Source: the human T2T-CHM13v2.0 reference genome, Homo sapiens
NCBI RefSeq assembly: GCF_009914755.1
Contig: NC_060933.1
DNA length: 64,000 nucleotides
Reading direction: 5' to 3' (one strand)
This document shows, piece by piece, positions 27,894-40,974 of this stretch. Below the pieces are notes generated by a model. That model worked only from the letters and a program-made list of their open reading frames with translations, made no database searches and had not been told where the DNA came from. Both the position numbers and the translations under genes were made by a program. The first letter of the stretch is position 1; the number at the start of each line of letters is the position of its first letter.

Positions 27894-30000
27894 TTGAATC
27901 CATTCCATTCCATTCCATTCCATTCCATTCCATTCCATTGCACTAGGTTTGATTCCATTCCACTGCATTCCATTCCATTCCATTCCATTCCGTTCCATTC
28001 CATTCCATTACATTCGGATTGATTGTATTCAATTCCCTTACACTCCATTTCATTCCATTCCATTCGGGTTGTTTCCATTCCATTCCATTCCATTCCACTC
28101 CATTCCATTGCACTCGGGTTGATTCCATTCCATTCCATTCCATTCTATTCCATTTGGTTCCATTCCATTCTATTCGGTACCATTCCATTCCATTCCATTC
28201 CATTCCATTCCATGCCATTCCACTTGGGTTGATTCCCTTCCTTTCCATTCCATTCGGGTTGAATCCATTCCATTCCATTCCATTCCATTCCATTCCATTC
28301 CATTCCTTTCCATTCCATTGCACACGGGTTGATTCCATTCCATTCCTTTCTGTTCCATTCCGGATGACTCCATTCCATTGCATTCCATTCCATTCCATTC
28401 CCCTGCACTCGGGTTCATTACATTCCATTCCATTTACTTCCATTCCATTCCATTCCATTCCATTCCATTCTATTCGGGTTAATTCCTTTCCATTCCATTC
28501 CATTCCATTCCATTCCATTCCATTCCATTCCATTCCATTCCATTGCAATCGAGTTGATTCCATTCCATTCCATTCAATTCCGGATGATTCCATTCCATTG
28601 CCTTCAATTCCATTCCATTCCCCTGCAGTCGGGTTGATTCCATTCCATTCCATTCCATTCCATTCCATTCCATTCCATTACAATCGAGTTGATTCCATTC
28701 CATTCCATTCCATTCCATTCCAGTCCTTTCCATTCCATTCCACTCGGGTTGATTCCATTCTATTAGTTTCCATTCCATTCCATTCCCTTCCATTCCACTC
28801 TGGTTGATTCCATTCCTTTCCATTCCACTCGAATACATTCCCTCCTATTCCACTTGGAACGATTCCATTCCATTCCATTCCATTCCATTCCATTCCATTC
28901 CATTCCATTTCCTTCCATTCCATTCTATTCCGTACCATTCCATTCCATTCCATTCCATTCTATTTGGGTTAATTCCATTGCATTCCATTCGATTGCAATC
29001 GAGTTGATTCCATTCCATTCCATTCCATTCCATTCCATTCCATTCCATTCCATTCCTTTCCATTACATTACGGATGATTCCATTCCATTGCATTCCATTC
29101 CATTCCATTCCCCTGTACTCGGGTTGATTCCATTCCATTCCATTCCACTCCATTCCATTCCTTTCCATTCCATTCCATTCCATGTCATTCCACTCGCGTT
29201 GATTCCATTCCCTTCCATTCCATTAGAGTTGAATCCATTCCATTCCATTCCATTCCATTCCATTCCATTGCACTAGGTTTGATTCCATTCCACTGCATTC
29301 CATTCCATTCCATTCCATTCCGTTCCATTCCATTCCATTACATTCGGATTGATTGTATTCAATTCCCTTACACTCCATTTCATTCCATTCCATTCGGGTT
29401 GTTTCCATTCCATTCCATTCCATTCCACTCCATTCCATTGCACTCGGGTTGATTCCATTCCATTCCATTCCATTCTATTCCATTTGGTTCCATTCCATTC
29501 TATTCGGTACCATTCCATTCCATTCCATTCCATTCCATTCCATGCCATTCCACTTGGGTTGATTCCCTTCCTTTCCATTCCATTCGGGTTGAATCCATTC
29601 CATTCCATTCCATTCCATTCCATTCCATTCCATTCCATTCCTTTCCATTCCATTGCACACGGGTTGATTCCATTCCATTCCTTTCTGTTCCATTCCGGAT
29701 GACTCCATTCCATTGCATTCCATTCCATTCCATTCCCCTGCACTCGGGTTCATTACATTCCATTCCATTTACTTCCATTCCATTCCATTCCATTCCATTC
29801 CATTCTATTCGGGTTAATTCCTTTCCATTCCATTCCATTCCATTCCATTCCATTCCATTCCATTCCATTCCATTCCATTGCAATCGAGTTGATTCCATTC
29901 CATTCCATTCAATTCCGGATGATTCCATTCCATTGCCTTCAATTCCATTCCATTCCCCTGCAGTCGGGTTGATTCCATTCCATTCCATTCCATTCCATTC
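27894..30000 (+). repeat. ~770 bp direct duplication (27894-28670 / 29229-30000) flanking a ~600 bp templated insert (~28670-29260)
   Basis: ORF offsets 28019/29349 and 28023/29353 are 1330. The insert matches ~52812-53400 at offset 24142 (28804/52946, 28845/52987). Confidence 0.85.
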
Positions 30001-32079
30001 CATTTCATTCCATTCCATTTGGTTCCATTCCATTCTATTCCGTACCATTCCATTCCATTCCATTCCATTCCATTCCATTCCATTCTATTCGGGTTAATTC
30101 CATTCCATTCCATTCCATTCCATTCCATTCCATTCCATTCCATTCCATTGCAATCGAGTTGATTCCATTCCATTCCATTCAATTCCGGATGATTCCATTC
30201 CATTGCCTTCAATTCCATTCCATTCCCCTGCACTCGGGTTGATTCCATTCCATTCCATTCCATTCCATTCCATTCCATTCCATTCCATTTCTTTTCATTC
30301 CATTTCGTTCCATTCCATTCTATTCCGTACCATTCCATTCCACTCCATTCCATTCCTTTCCATTCCATTCCATTCCATGTCATTCCACTCGCGTTGATTC
30401 CATTCCCTTCCATTCCATTAGAGTTGAATCCATTCCATTCCATTCCATTCCATTCGATGCCATTCCATTGCACACGGGTTCATTCCATTCCATTCCTTTC
30501 TGTTCCATTCCGGATGACTCCATTCCATTGCATTCCATTCCATTCCATTCCCCTGCACTCGGGTTCATTACATTCCATTCCATTTACTTCCATTCCATTC
30601 CATTCCATTCCATTCCATTCCATTCTATTCGGGTTAATTCCATTCGATTCCATTCCATTCCATTCCATTCCATTCCATTCCATTCCATTGCAATCGAGTT
30701 GATTCCATTCCATTCCATTCCATTCCGGATGATTCCATTCCATTGCCTTCAATTCCATTCCATTCCCCTGCAGTCGGGTTGATTCCATTCCATTCCATTC
30801 CATTCCCTTTCATTCCATTCCATTTCGTTCCATTCCATTCTATTCCGTACCATTCCATTCCATTCCATTCCATTCCATACCATTCTATTCGGGTTAATTC
30901 CATTCCATTCCATTCCATTCCATTCCATTCCATTCCATTCCATTCCATTCCATTCCATTCCATTGCAATCGAGTTGATTCCATTCCATTCCATTCAATTC
31001 CGGATGATTCCATTCCATTGCCTTCAATTCCATTCCATTCCCCTGCACTCGGGTTGATTCCATTCCATTCCATTCCATTCCATTCCATTCCATTCCATTT
31101 CATTCCATTCCATTTCTTTCCATTCCATTCTATTCCGTACCATTCCATTCCACTCCATTCCATTCCATTCCATTCCATTCCATTCCATTCCATTCCATGC
31201 CATTCCACTCGCGTTGATTCCATTCCCTTCCATTCCATTAGAGTTGAATCCATTCCATTCCATTCCATTCCATTCCATTCCACACGGGTTCATTCCATTC
31301 CATTCCATTCCATTCCCTTCCATTCCATTTCGTTACATTCCATTCTATTCCGTACCATTCCATTCCATTCCATTCCACTCCATTCCATGCCATTCCACTC
31401 GGGTATATTCCATTCCTTTTAATTCCATTCGGGTTGAATCCATTCCATTCCATTCCATTCCATTCGATTCCATTACATTGCACTCGGGTTGATTCCATTC
31501 CATTCCATTCCATTACATTTCATTCCATTCCATTCCATTCCATTTCATTCAATTCCATTCCATTCAATGCCATTCCACTCGTGTTGATTCCATTCCTTTC
31601 CATTCCATTACATTTCATTCCATTCCATTCCATTCCATTTCATTCAATTCCATTCCATTCCATGCCATTCCACTCGTGTTGATTCCATTCCTTTCCATTC
31701 CATTCGAGTTGAACCCATTCCATTCCATTCCATTCCATTCCATTCCATTGCACGCGGGTTCATTCCATTCCATTCCGTTCCATTCCATTCCATTCCATTC
31801 CATTCCATTCCATTCCATTCCATTACATTCCATTTCGTTCCATTCCATTCTATTCCGTACGATTCCATTGCATTCCATTCCATTCCATTCCTTTCCATTC
31901 CATTGAAATCGAGTTGATTCCATTCCATTCCGTTCCATTCCATTCCATTCCATTCCATTCCGGATGATTCCATTCCACTGCATTCCATTCCTTTAAATTC
32001 CCCTGCACTTGGGGTGATTCCTTTCCATTCTATTCCATTCCATTCCATTCCATTGCATTCCATTCCATTCCATTCCATT

Positions 32080-34130
32080 CCATTTCATTGCAATCGAGTT
32101 GATTCCATTGCATTCCATTCCATTCCATTCCAGTCCTTTCCATTCCATTCCACTCGGGATGATTCCATTCTATTCCTTTCCATTCCATTCGATTCCATTC
32201 CATTCCACTCTGGTTGATACCACTCCTTTTCATTCCACTCGAAAACATTCCCTTCTATTCCACTCGGAATGATTCCATTCCATTCCATTCCATTCCATTC
32301 CATTCCATTCCATTCCATTCCATTCCGTTTCGTTCCATTACATTCTATTCCGTACCATTCCACTCCATTCCATTCCATTACATTTCATACCATTCCTCTC
32401 GGGTTGATTCCATTCCTTTCCATTCCATTCGGGTTGAATCCATTCCATTCCATTCCTTTCCATTCCATTCCATTCCATTGCACTCGGGTTGATTCCATTC
32501 CATTCCATTCCGTTCCATTCCGGATGACTCCATTCCATTGCATTCCATTCCATTCCATTCCCCTGCACTCGGTTTCATTACATTCCATTCCATTCACTTC
32601 CATTCCATTCCATTCCATTCCATTCCATTCCATTCCATTCCATTCCATTTCAATCGAGTTGATTCCATTCCATTCCATTCCATTCCATTCAATTCCGAAT
32701 GATTTCATTCCATTGCCTTCCATTCCATTCCATTCCCCTGCACTCGGGTTGATTTCATTCCATTCCATTCCATTCCATTCCATTCCATTCCATTCCATTC
32801 CATTCCATTTCGTTCCATTCCATTCTATTCCGTACCATTCCATTCCATTCCATTCCATTCCATTCCATTCCATTTCCGTCCATTCCATTCCATTCCATTC
32901 CATTCCATTCCATTCCATTTCCTTCCATTCCATTCCATTCCATTCCATTCCATTCCATTCCATTCCATTCCATTCCATTCCATTCTATTAGGGTTAATTC
33001 CATTCCATTCCATTCCATTCCATTGCATTCCATTCCATTCCATGCCATTCCACTCGGGTTGATTCCATTCCTTTCCATTCCATTCGAGTTGAATCCATTC
33101 CATTCCATTCTATTCCATTCCATTCCTTTCCATTCCATTCAATTCCATTCTATTCCGGTTAATTCCATTCCATTCCATTCCATTCCATTCCATTTCATTG
33201 CAATCGAGTTGATTCCATTGCATTCCATTCCATTCCATTGCAGTCCTTTCCATTCCATTCCACTCAGGTTGATTCCATTCTATTCCTTTCCATTCCATTC
33301 GATTGCATTCCATTCCACTCGATTCCATTCCATTCCATTCTGGTTGATTCCATTCCTTTTCATTCCACTCGAAAACATTCCCTTCTATTCCACTCGGAAT
33401 GATTCCATTCCATTCCATTCCATTCCATTTCGTTCCATTACATTCTATTCTGTACCATTCCACTCCATTCCATTCCATTCCATTCCATGCCATTCCTCTC
33501 GGGTTGATTCCATTCCTTTCCATTCCATTCGGGTTGAATCCATTCCATTCCATTCCTTTCCATTCCATTCCATTCCATTGCACTCGGGTTGATTCCATTC
33601 CATTCCATTCCGTTCCATTCCGGATGACTCCATTCCATTGCATTCCATTCCATTCCATTCCCCTGCACTCGGTTTCATTACATTCCATTCCATTCACTTC
33701 CATTCCATTCCATTCCATTCCATTCCATTCCATTCCATTTCAATCGAGTTGATTCCATTCCATTCCATTCCATTCCATTCAATTCCGAATGATGTCATTC
33801 CATTGCCTTCCATTCCATTCCATTTCCCTGCACTCGGGTTGATTCCATTCCATTCCATTCCATTCCATTCCATTCCATTCCATTCCATTCCATTTCGTTC
33901 CATTCCATTCTATTCCGTACCATTCCATTCCATTCCATTCCATTCCATTCCATTCCATTCCATTCCATTCCATTTCCTTCCATTCCATTCCATTCCATTC
34001 CATTCCATTCCATTCCATTCTATTAGGGTTAATTCCATTCCATTCCATTCCATTCCATTCCATTCCATGCCATTTCACTCGGGTTGATTCCATTCCTTTC
34101 CATTCCATTCGAGTTGAATCCATTCCATTC
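32080..34130 (+). repeat. ~1.1 kb tandem duplication inside domain B
   Basis: GAAAACATTCCC at ~32241/33371, CATTCACTTCC, AATTCCGAATGAT and CTATTAGGGTTAATT each occur twice in order. ORF offset 32338/33438 is 1100. Repeated at ~55030-57080 and, with an internal deletion, at ~45440-47090. Confidence 0.85.
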
Positions 34131-37100
34131 CATTCCATTCCATTCCATTCCATTGCACACGGGTTCATTCCATTCCATTCCATTCCATTCCATTTCGTTC
34201 CATTCCATTCTATTCCATACCATTCCATTCCATTCCATTCCATTAGACTCCATTCCATGCCATTCCACTCGGGTTTATTCCATTCCTTTCCATTCCATTC
34301 GGGTTGAATCCATTCCATTCCATTCCAATCCATTCCATTCGATTCCATTACATTGCACTCGTGTTATTTCCATTCCATTCCATTCCATTCCATTCCATTC
34401 CATTCCATTCCATGGCATTCCACTCGGGTTGATTCCATTCCATTCCATTCCATTCGAGTCGAACCCATTCCATTCCATTCCATTCCATTCCATTCCATTC
34501 CATTCCATTCCATTCCATTCCATTGCACACGGTTTCATTCCATTCCATTCCATTCCATTCTATTCCATTTCGTTCCATTCCATTCTATTCCGTACCATTC
34601 CATTCCATTCCATTCCATTCCCCTCCATTTCATTCCATTCCATGCCATTCCACTCGGGTTTATTCCATTCCTTTCCATTCCGTTCGGGTTGAATCCATTC
34701 CTTTCCATTCCATTCCGTTCAATTCCATTCCATTGCACTCGGGTTGATTCCATTCCATTCCATGCCATTCCATTTCATTCCGTTCCATTCCATTCCATTA
34801 CATTCGGATTGATTCTTTTCAATTCCCTTACACTCCATTACATTCCATTCCATTCGGGTAGTTTCCATTCCATTCGATTCCATTACACTCCATTGCATTG
34901 CACTCAGGTTGATTGATTCCATTCTATTGCATTCCATTCCATTCAATTCCATTCCGGATGATTCCATTCCATTGCATTCCATTCCATTCCATTTCATTCC
35001 ATTCCATTCCATTCCCCTGCACTCGGGTTGATTCCATTCCATTCCATTCCATTCCATTCCGTTCCATTCCATTCCATTCCATTCCATTCCATTCCATTCC
35101 ATTCCATTCCATTCTGTTCAGGTTAATTCCATTCCATTCCATTCCCTTCCATTCCATTCCATTCCATTCCATTCCATTCCATTCCATTGCAATCTAGTTG
35201 ATTCCATTGCATTCCATTCCATTCCATTCCATTGCATTCCATTGCATTCCATTCCCCTGCACTCAGGTTGATTCCATTCCATTCCATTCCATTCCATTCC
35301 ATTCTATTCGGGTTAATTCCATTCCATTCCATTCCCTTACATTCCATAGCAATCGAGTTGATTCCATTCCATTCCATTCCATTCCATTCCATTCCATTCC
35401 ATTCCATTCCATTCCATTCAAGTCCTTTCCATTCCATTCCACTCGTTTTGATTCCATTTTATTAGTTTCCATTCCATTCCATTCCATTCCAATCCACTCT
35501 GGTTGATTCCATTCCTTTCCATTCCACTCGAATTCATTCCCTTGTATTCCACTCGGAATGATTGCATTCCATTCCATTCCATTCCATTCCATTCCATTCC
35601 ATTCCATTTCGTTCCATTGCATTCTATTCCGTACCATTCCATTCCATTCCATTCCATGCCATTCCACTCGGGTTGATTCCATGGCTTTCCATTCCATTTG
35701 GGTTGAATCCATTCCATTCCATTCCATTCCATTCCATTCCATTCCATTCTATTCCATTGCACTAGGTTTGATTCCATTCCACTGCATTCCATTCCATTCC
35801 ATTCCATTCCATTCCGTTCCATTCCATTCCATTCCATTACATTCGGATTGATTGTATTCAATTCCCTTACACTCCATTTCATTCCATTCCATTCAGGTTG
35901 TTTCCATTCCATTCCAATCCATTCCACTCCATTCCATTGCACTCGGGTTGATTGCATTCCATTCCATTCCATTCTATTCCATTTCCTTCCATTCCATTCT
36001 ATTCGGTACCATTCCATTCCATTCCATTCCAATCCATTCCATTCCATGCCATTCCACTTGGGTTGATTCCCTTCCTTTCCATTCCATTCGGGTTGAATCC
36101 ATTCCATTCCATTCCATTCCATTCCATTCCTTTCCATTTCATTGCACACCGGTTGGTTCCATTCCGTTCCTTTCCGTTCCATTCCGGATGACTCCGTTCA
36201 ATAGCATTCCATTCCATTCCATTCCATTCCCCTGCACTCGGGTTCATTACCTTCCATTCCATTTACTTCCATTCCATTCCATTCCATTCTATTCGGGTTA
36301 ATTCCATTCCATTCCATTCCATTCCATTCCATTCCATTCCATTCCATTCCATTCCATTGCAATCGAGTTGATTCCATTCCATTCCATTCAATTCCGGATG
36401 ATTCCATTCCATTGCCTTCAATTCCATTCCATTCCCCTGCACTCGGGTTGATTCCATTCCATTCCATTCCATTCCATTCCATTTCATTCCATTCCATTTC
36501 GTTCCTTTCCATTCTATTCCGTACCATTCCATTCCATTCCATTCCATTCCATTCCATTCCATGCCATTCCACTCGGGTTGATTCCATTCCTTTCCATTCC
36601 ATTCGAGTTCAATCCATTCCAATCCATTCCATTCCATTCGATTCCATTCCATTGCACACGCGTTCATTCCATTCCATTACATTCCATTCCATTCCATTAA
36701 ATTCCATTCCATTTCCTTCCATTCCATTCTATTCCGTACCATTCCATTCCATTCCATTCCATTCTATTCCACTCCATTCCATGCCATTCCACTCGGGTTT
36801 ATTCCATTCCTTTCCATTCCATTCTGGTTGAATCCATTCCATTCCATTCCATTCCATTCGATTCCATTACATTGCACTCGGGTTGATTCCATTCCATTCC
36901 ATTCCTTTACATTTCATTCCATTCCACTCCATTCCATGCCATTCCACGCGGGTTTATTCCATTCCTTTCCATTACATTCGTGTTGAATCCATTCCATTCC
37001 ATTCCATTCCATTCGATTCCATTACACTGCACTCGGGTTGATTCCATTCCATTCCATTACATTACATTTCATTCCATTCCATTCCATTCCATTCCATTCC

Positions 37101-40100
37101 ATTCCATTCCATTCCATGCCATTCCACTCGTGTTGATTCCATTCCTTTCCATTCCATTCGAGTTGAACCCATTCCATTCCATTCCATTCCATTCCATTCC
37201 ATTCCATTGCACACGGGTTCATTCCATTCCATTCCATTCCATTCCGTTCCATTCCATTCCGTTCCATTCCATTCCATTCCATTCTGTTCAGGTTAATTCC
37301 ATTCTATTCCTTTCCCTTCCATTCCATTCCATTCCATCCCATTGCAATCGAGTTGATTCCATTGCATTCCATTCCATTACATTCCATTGCATTCCATTCC
37401 ATTCCATTCCCCTGCACTCAGGTTGATTCCATTCGATTCCATTCCATTCCATTCCATTCCGTTCCTTTCCATTCCATTCCATTCTATTCGCGTTAATTGC
37501 ATTCCATTCCATTCCATTACATTCCATTGCAATCGAGTTGATTCCATTCCATTCCGTTCCATTCCATTCCATTCCATTCCATTTCGGTCCATTCTGTTCT
37601 ATTCCGTTCCATTCCATTCCATTCCATTCCATTCCATTCCATTCCATTCCATTCCATGCGATTCCACTCGGGTTGATTCCATTGCTTTCCATTCCATTTG
37701 GATTGAATCCATTCCATTCCATTCCATTCCATTCCATTCCATTCCATTCCATTGCACTAGGTTTGATTCCATTCCACTGCATTCCATTCCATTCCATTCC
37801 ATTCCGTTCCATTCCATTCCATTACATTCGGATTGATTTTATTCAATTCCCTTACACTCCATTTCATTCCATTCCATTCGGGTTGTTTCCATTCCATTCC
37901 ATTCCATTCCACTCCATTCCATTGCACTCGGGTTGATTCCATTCCATTCCATTCCATTCTATTCCATTTGGTTCCATTCCATTCTATTCGGTACCATTCC
38001 ATTCCATTCCATTCCATTCCATTCCATGCCATTCCACTTGGGTTGATTCCCTTCCTTTCCATTCCATTTGGGTTGAATCCATTCCATTCCATTCCATTCC
38101 ATTCCATTCCATTCCATTCCATTCCTTTCCATTCCATTGCACACGGGTTGATTCCATTCCATTCCTTTCTGTTCCATTCCGGATGACTCCATTCCATTGC
38201 ATTCCATTCCATTCCATTCCCCTGCACTCGGGTTCATTACATTCCATTCCATTTACTTCCATTCCATTCCATTCCATTCCATTCCATTCTATTCGGGTTA
38301 ATTCCATTCCATTCCATTCCATTCCATTCCATTCCATTCCATTCCATTCCATTCCATTCCATTCCATTCCATTGCAATCGAGTTGATTCCATTCCATTCC
38401 ATTCAATTCCGGATGATTCCATTCCATTGCCTTCAATTCCATTCCATTCCCCTGCAGTCGGGTTGATTCCATTCCATTCCATTCCATTCCATTCCATTTC
38501 ATTCCATTCCATTTGGTTCCATTCCATTCTATTCCGTACCATTCCATTCCATTCCATTCCATTCCATTCCATTCTATTCGGGTTAATTCCATTCCATTCC
38601 ATTCCATTCCATTCCATTCCATTCCATTCCATTGCAATCGAGTTCATTCCATTCCATTCCATTCAATTCCGGATGATTCCATTCCATTGCCTTCAATTCC
38701 ATTCCATTCCCCTGCACTCGGGTTGATTCCATTCCATTCCATTCCATTCCATTCCATTCCATTCCATTCCATTTCATTCCATTCCATTTCGTTCCATTCC
38801 ATTCTATTCCGTACCATTCCATTCCACTCCATTCCATTCCTTTCCATTCCATTCCATTCCATGCCATTCCACTCGCGTTGATTCCATTCCCTTCCATTCC
38901 ATTAGAGTTGAATCCATTCCATTCCATTCCATTCCATTCGATTCCATTCCATTGCACACGGGTTCATTCCATTCCATTCCTTTCTGTTCCATTCCGGATG
39001 ACTCCATTCCATTGCATTCCATTCCATTCCATTCCCCTGCACTCGGGTTCATTACATTCCATTCCATTTACTTCCATTCCATTCCATTCCATTCCATTCC
39101 ATTCCATTCTATTCGGGTTAATTCCATTCCATTCCATTCCATTCCATTCCATTCCATTCCATTCCATTGCAATCGAGTTGATTCCATTCCATTCCATTCA
39201 TTTCCGGATGATTCCATTCCATTGCCTTCAATTCCATTCCATTCCCCTGCAGTCGGGTTGATTCCATTCCATTCCATTCCATTCCATTTCATTCCATTCC
39301 ATTTCGTTCCATTCCATTCTATTCCGTACCATTCCATTCCATTCCATTCCATTCCATTCCATTCTATTCGGGTTAATTCCATTCCATTCCATTCCATTCC
39401 ATTCCATTCCATTCCATTCCATTCCATTCTATTCTGGTTAATTCCATTCCATTCCATTCCATTCCATTCCATTCCATTCCATTCCATTCCATTCCATTCC
39501 ATTGCAATCGAGTTGATTCCATTGCATTCCATTCAATTCCGGATGATTCCATTCCATTGCCTTCAATTCCATTCCATTCCCCTGCACTCGGGTTGATTCC
39601 ATTCCATTCCACTCCATTCCATTCCATTCCATTCCATTTCATTCCATTCCATTTCTTTCCATTCCATTCTATTCCGTACCATTCCATTCCACTCCATTCC
39701 ATTCCATTCCATTCCATTCCATTCCATTCCATTCCATGCCATTCCACTCGCGTTGATTCCATTCCCTTCCATTCCATTAGAGTTGAATCCATTCCATTCC
39801 ATTCCATTCCATTCCATTCCATTCCATTCCATTCCATTGCACACGGGTTCATTCCATTCCATTCCATTCCATTCCCTTCCATTCCATTTCGTTACATTCC
39901 ATTCTATTCCGTACCATTCCATTCCATTCCATTCCACTCCATTCCATGCCATTCCACTCGGGTATATTCCATTCCTTTTAATTCCATTCGGGTTGAATCC
40001 ATTCCATTCCATTCCATTCCATTCCATTCCATTACATTGCACTCGGGTTGATTCCATTCCATTCCATTCCATTACATTTCATTCCATTCCATTCCATTCC

Positions 40101-40974
40101 ATTTCATTCAATTCCATTCCATTCCATGCCATTCCACTCGTGTTGATTCCATTCCTTTCCATTCCATTACATTCCATTCCATTCCGTTCCATTCCATTCC
40201 ATTCCATGCCATTCCATTCCATTCCATTCCATTACATTCCATTTCGTTCCATTCCATTCTATTCCGTACGATTCCATTGCATTCCATTCCATTCCATTCC
40301 TTTCCATTCCATTGAAATCGAGTTGATTCCATTCCATTCCGTTCCATTCCATTCCATTCCATTCCATTCCGGATGATTCCATTCCACTGCATTCCATTCC
40401 ATTAAATTCCCCTGCACTTGGGGTGATTCCTTTCCATTCTATTCCATTCCATTCCATTCCATTCCATTCCATTCCATTCCATTTCATTGCAATCGAGTTG
40501 ATTCCATTGCATTCCATTCCATTCCAGTCCTTTCCATTCCATTCCACTCGGGTTGATTCCATTCTATTCCTTTCCATTCCATTCGATTCCATTCCATTCC
40601 ACTCTGGTTGATACCATTCCTTTTCATTCCACTCGAAAACATTCCCTTCTATTCCACTCGGAATGATTCCATTCCATTCCATTCCATTCCATTCCATTCC
40701 ATTCCGTTTCGTTCCATTACATTCTATTCCGTACCATTCCACTCCATTCCATTCCATTCCATTCCATGCCATTCCTCTCGGGTTGATTCCATTCCTTTCC
40801 ATTCCATTCGGGTTGAATCCATTCCTTTCCATTCCTTTCCATTCCATTCCATTCCATTGCACTCGGGTTGATTCCATTCCATTCCATTCCATTCCATTGC
40901 ACACGGGTTCATTCCATTCCATTCCATTCCATTCCGTTCCATTCCATTCCGTTCCATTCCATTCCATTCCATTC

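Larger units (their letters stand above)
24300..40880 (+). repeat. Older ~8.4 kb tandem duplication: copy 1 ~24300-34050 (includes a 1.33 kb later expansion), partial copy 2 ~34050-40880
   Basis: ORF offsets are 9723-9814 before the 28.7 kb insertion (24812/34535, 26059/35848, 28019/37833) and 8394-8539 after it (30394/38878, 31018/39557, 32214/40608). Both copies share the GTTGATTGATTCC and GAATTC landmarks. Confidence 0.85.

Noticed and set aside
28670-29260. Insert with flanking direct repeats read as a transposon or LTR element
   Set aside because: Insert and flanks are all satellite sequence. There are no terminal inverted repeats, poly(A), primer binding site or coding capacity, and ~770 bp is far too long for a target-site duplication.
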